Assembly (NCBI GenBank): GCA_963772725.1
Contig: CAVYYI010000001.1
Span: forward strand, 928,001-992,000
Source: an uncultured Phycisphaerales bacterium
GTDB lineage: Bacteria; Planctomycetota; Phycisphaerae; Sedimentisphaerales; Anaerobacaceae
Reading direction: 5' to 3'
DNA: 64,000 nucleotides
Part shown: piece after piece, positions 62,966-64,000 of the stretch
Numbering within the stretch: position 1 is the stretch's first letter
How the letters are laid out: each line of letters opens with the position of its first letter
Notes under the pieces: model-generated
What the model was told of the DNA's origin: nothing
The model's input: only the letters and a program-made list of their open reading frames with translations
Databases searched by the model: none
Program-made: the position numbers and the translations under genes

Positions 62966-64000
62966 TTACGGCCCACAAGCTTCGGTACACCATCCTGCAA
63001 GTATAGCCTTACCTGATACCCAGCCGGTATAAGCACTTAGACACCCGGCAGCCCATATGCTAGATCCCGGAGTAATAGCTGTCAGACATGCAACATCCGC
63101 CGGAAATGGTAGGCATAGGCAATCATTTTTAGCTTTTGTTATTACACCTAAGCATGATGTTAAATATTCTTTTGCTTTCTTAAGGTCTTCTTTGAACCCT
63201 TTTAAACAATCGTCCACGCAATCCTTATATCCACACGTTCCATATGGATCTATGAAATTTATGGGATTATTCTCACAATAGAGGTATAAATTCAACCCGC
63301 CTTTATATCCAATCGAATCCGGGCTTAGGAAGCGGCCGATTGCCGGCGAATAGTATCTTGCGCGGTAGTAATAATTTTCAGTCTCAGCGTCATATTCCCT
63401 ACCGGTGAACATAAACGGATTGCCAAGACCGCTGGCTGTATTTGGCGTGCCGAAAACAGTATAATTGTACTGCTCGGCCACGTCTCCATCTGATTCCGTC
63501 AGTGCAACGACTGAACCCAGACCATCAAAGTGGTAAAAATATTTTGTTTCACTCTGACCGCTTACGGAAATCATGCAAATCGGTTGGTCGATAACATCGC
63601 CATAAACATATTTTCTAAGCAAAGTTCCGCCGCTGCTGTATTCAGCAATCAGATTATCCCCGTCATAAACGTATTTCGTTGTTACAGTTCCGCCGGAATA
63701 TGTCGTTTTGGAAATTCTCCTTCCCTGATAATCATAAGCATAGCTTGCCACAGGGTCATCATCAATTTCATTAACATCCGTAAGCCTGTTTTCGCAGTCA
63801 TAATAATATTTGTATGCACCATCATTAATCAGGTTGCCGTTATCGTCATAGCTGTAAGAAGTTGCTCCGACAGTTCTGTACTGATGCAGGTTATTATGCG
63901 TATAAGTAGTCGTTGAGCCGTTGGCCTTGACGCCTTTACGATTGCCGACTTTGCCATAGAAGAAGTTTGTATCATAGATGCTCCACGCCGCCGGATAATC
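62966..64000 (-). CDS. RHS-repeat protein, 3' part (5' end beyond the window) with Cys-rich C-terminal tip
   Basis: Frame open to 64000; YD repeats, FTGREYD.E...YYYRARYYSP.IGRFLS.D, NPINFIDPYG. Confidence 0.93.
   Translation of the reverse strand, partial: DYPAAWSIYDTNFFYGKVGNRKGVKANGSTTTYTHNNLHQYRTVGATSYSYDDNGNLINDGAYKYYYDCENRLTDVNEIDDDPVASYAYDYQGRRISKTTYSGGTVTTKYVYDGDNLIAEYSSGGTLLRKYVYGDVIDQPICMISVSGQSETKYFYHFDGLGSVVALTESDGDVAEQYNYTVFGTPNTASGLGNPFMFTGREYDAETENYYYRARYYSPAIGRFLSPDSIGYKGGLNLYLYCENNPINFIDPYGTCGYKDCVDDCLKGFKEDLKKAKEYLTSCLGVITKAKNDCLCLPFPADVACLTAITPGSSIWAAGCLSAYTGWVSGKAILAGWCTEACGP

Overview
A 64-kb bacterial chromosomal segment that is mostly housekeeping. It carries uvrC, polX, yitJ, truD, the rpmF-plsX-fabHDG-acpP-fabF cluster, rpmA-obgE-coaX, lipA-lipB-lpdA, dacB-birA-nadC-uvrB, ndk, a five-gene two-component cluster, a cbiMQO ECF transporter and gcvT-H-PA-PB. 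Gene content (short UvrC, MnmE paralogue, PEP-CTERM FGE protein, DUF1573) suggests a Planctomycetota/Phycisphaerae organism, which is inference only. About nine genes carry single-site frameshifts that look like assembly indels. Standout observations: (1) a 913-aa membrane protein made of an M50-like HExxH domain fused to a circularly permuted enolase (TIM barrel before the capping domain, catalytic residues intact); (2) three in-phase 21-bp-period quasi-palindromic arrays sharing a terminal motif, each just downstream of an accessory gene, plus many 7-9-bp degenerate repeat and palindrome patches; (3) an AT-rich, tightly coupled PD-(D/E)XK-like + beta-CASP MBL + DUF6508-like operon, a candidate defence system; (4) an RHS toxin with a mirror-symmetric Cys-rich tip followed by a membrane immunity candidate; (5) a PEP-CTERM FGE/CLec protein with a DGR-like NNC codon signature. 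No rRNA, tRNA or CRISPR array was recognised. All calls come from reading motifs by eye; no database searches were run.
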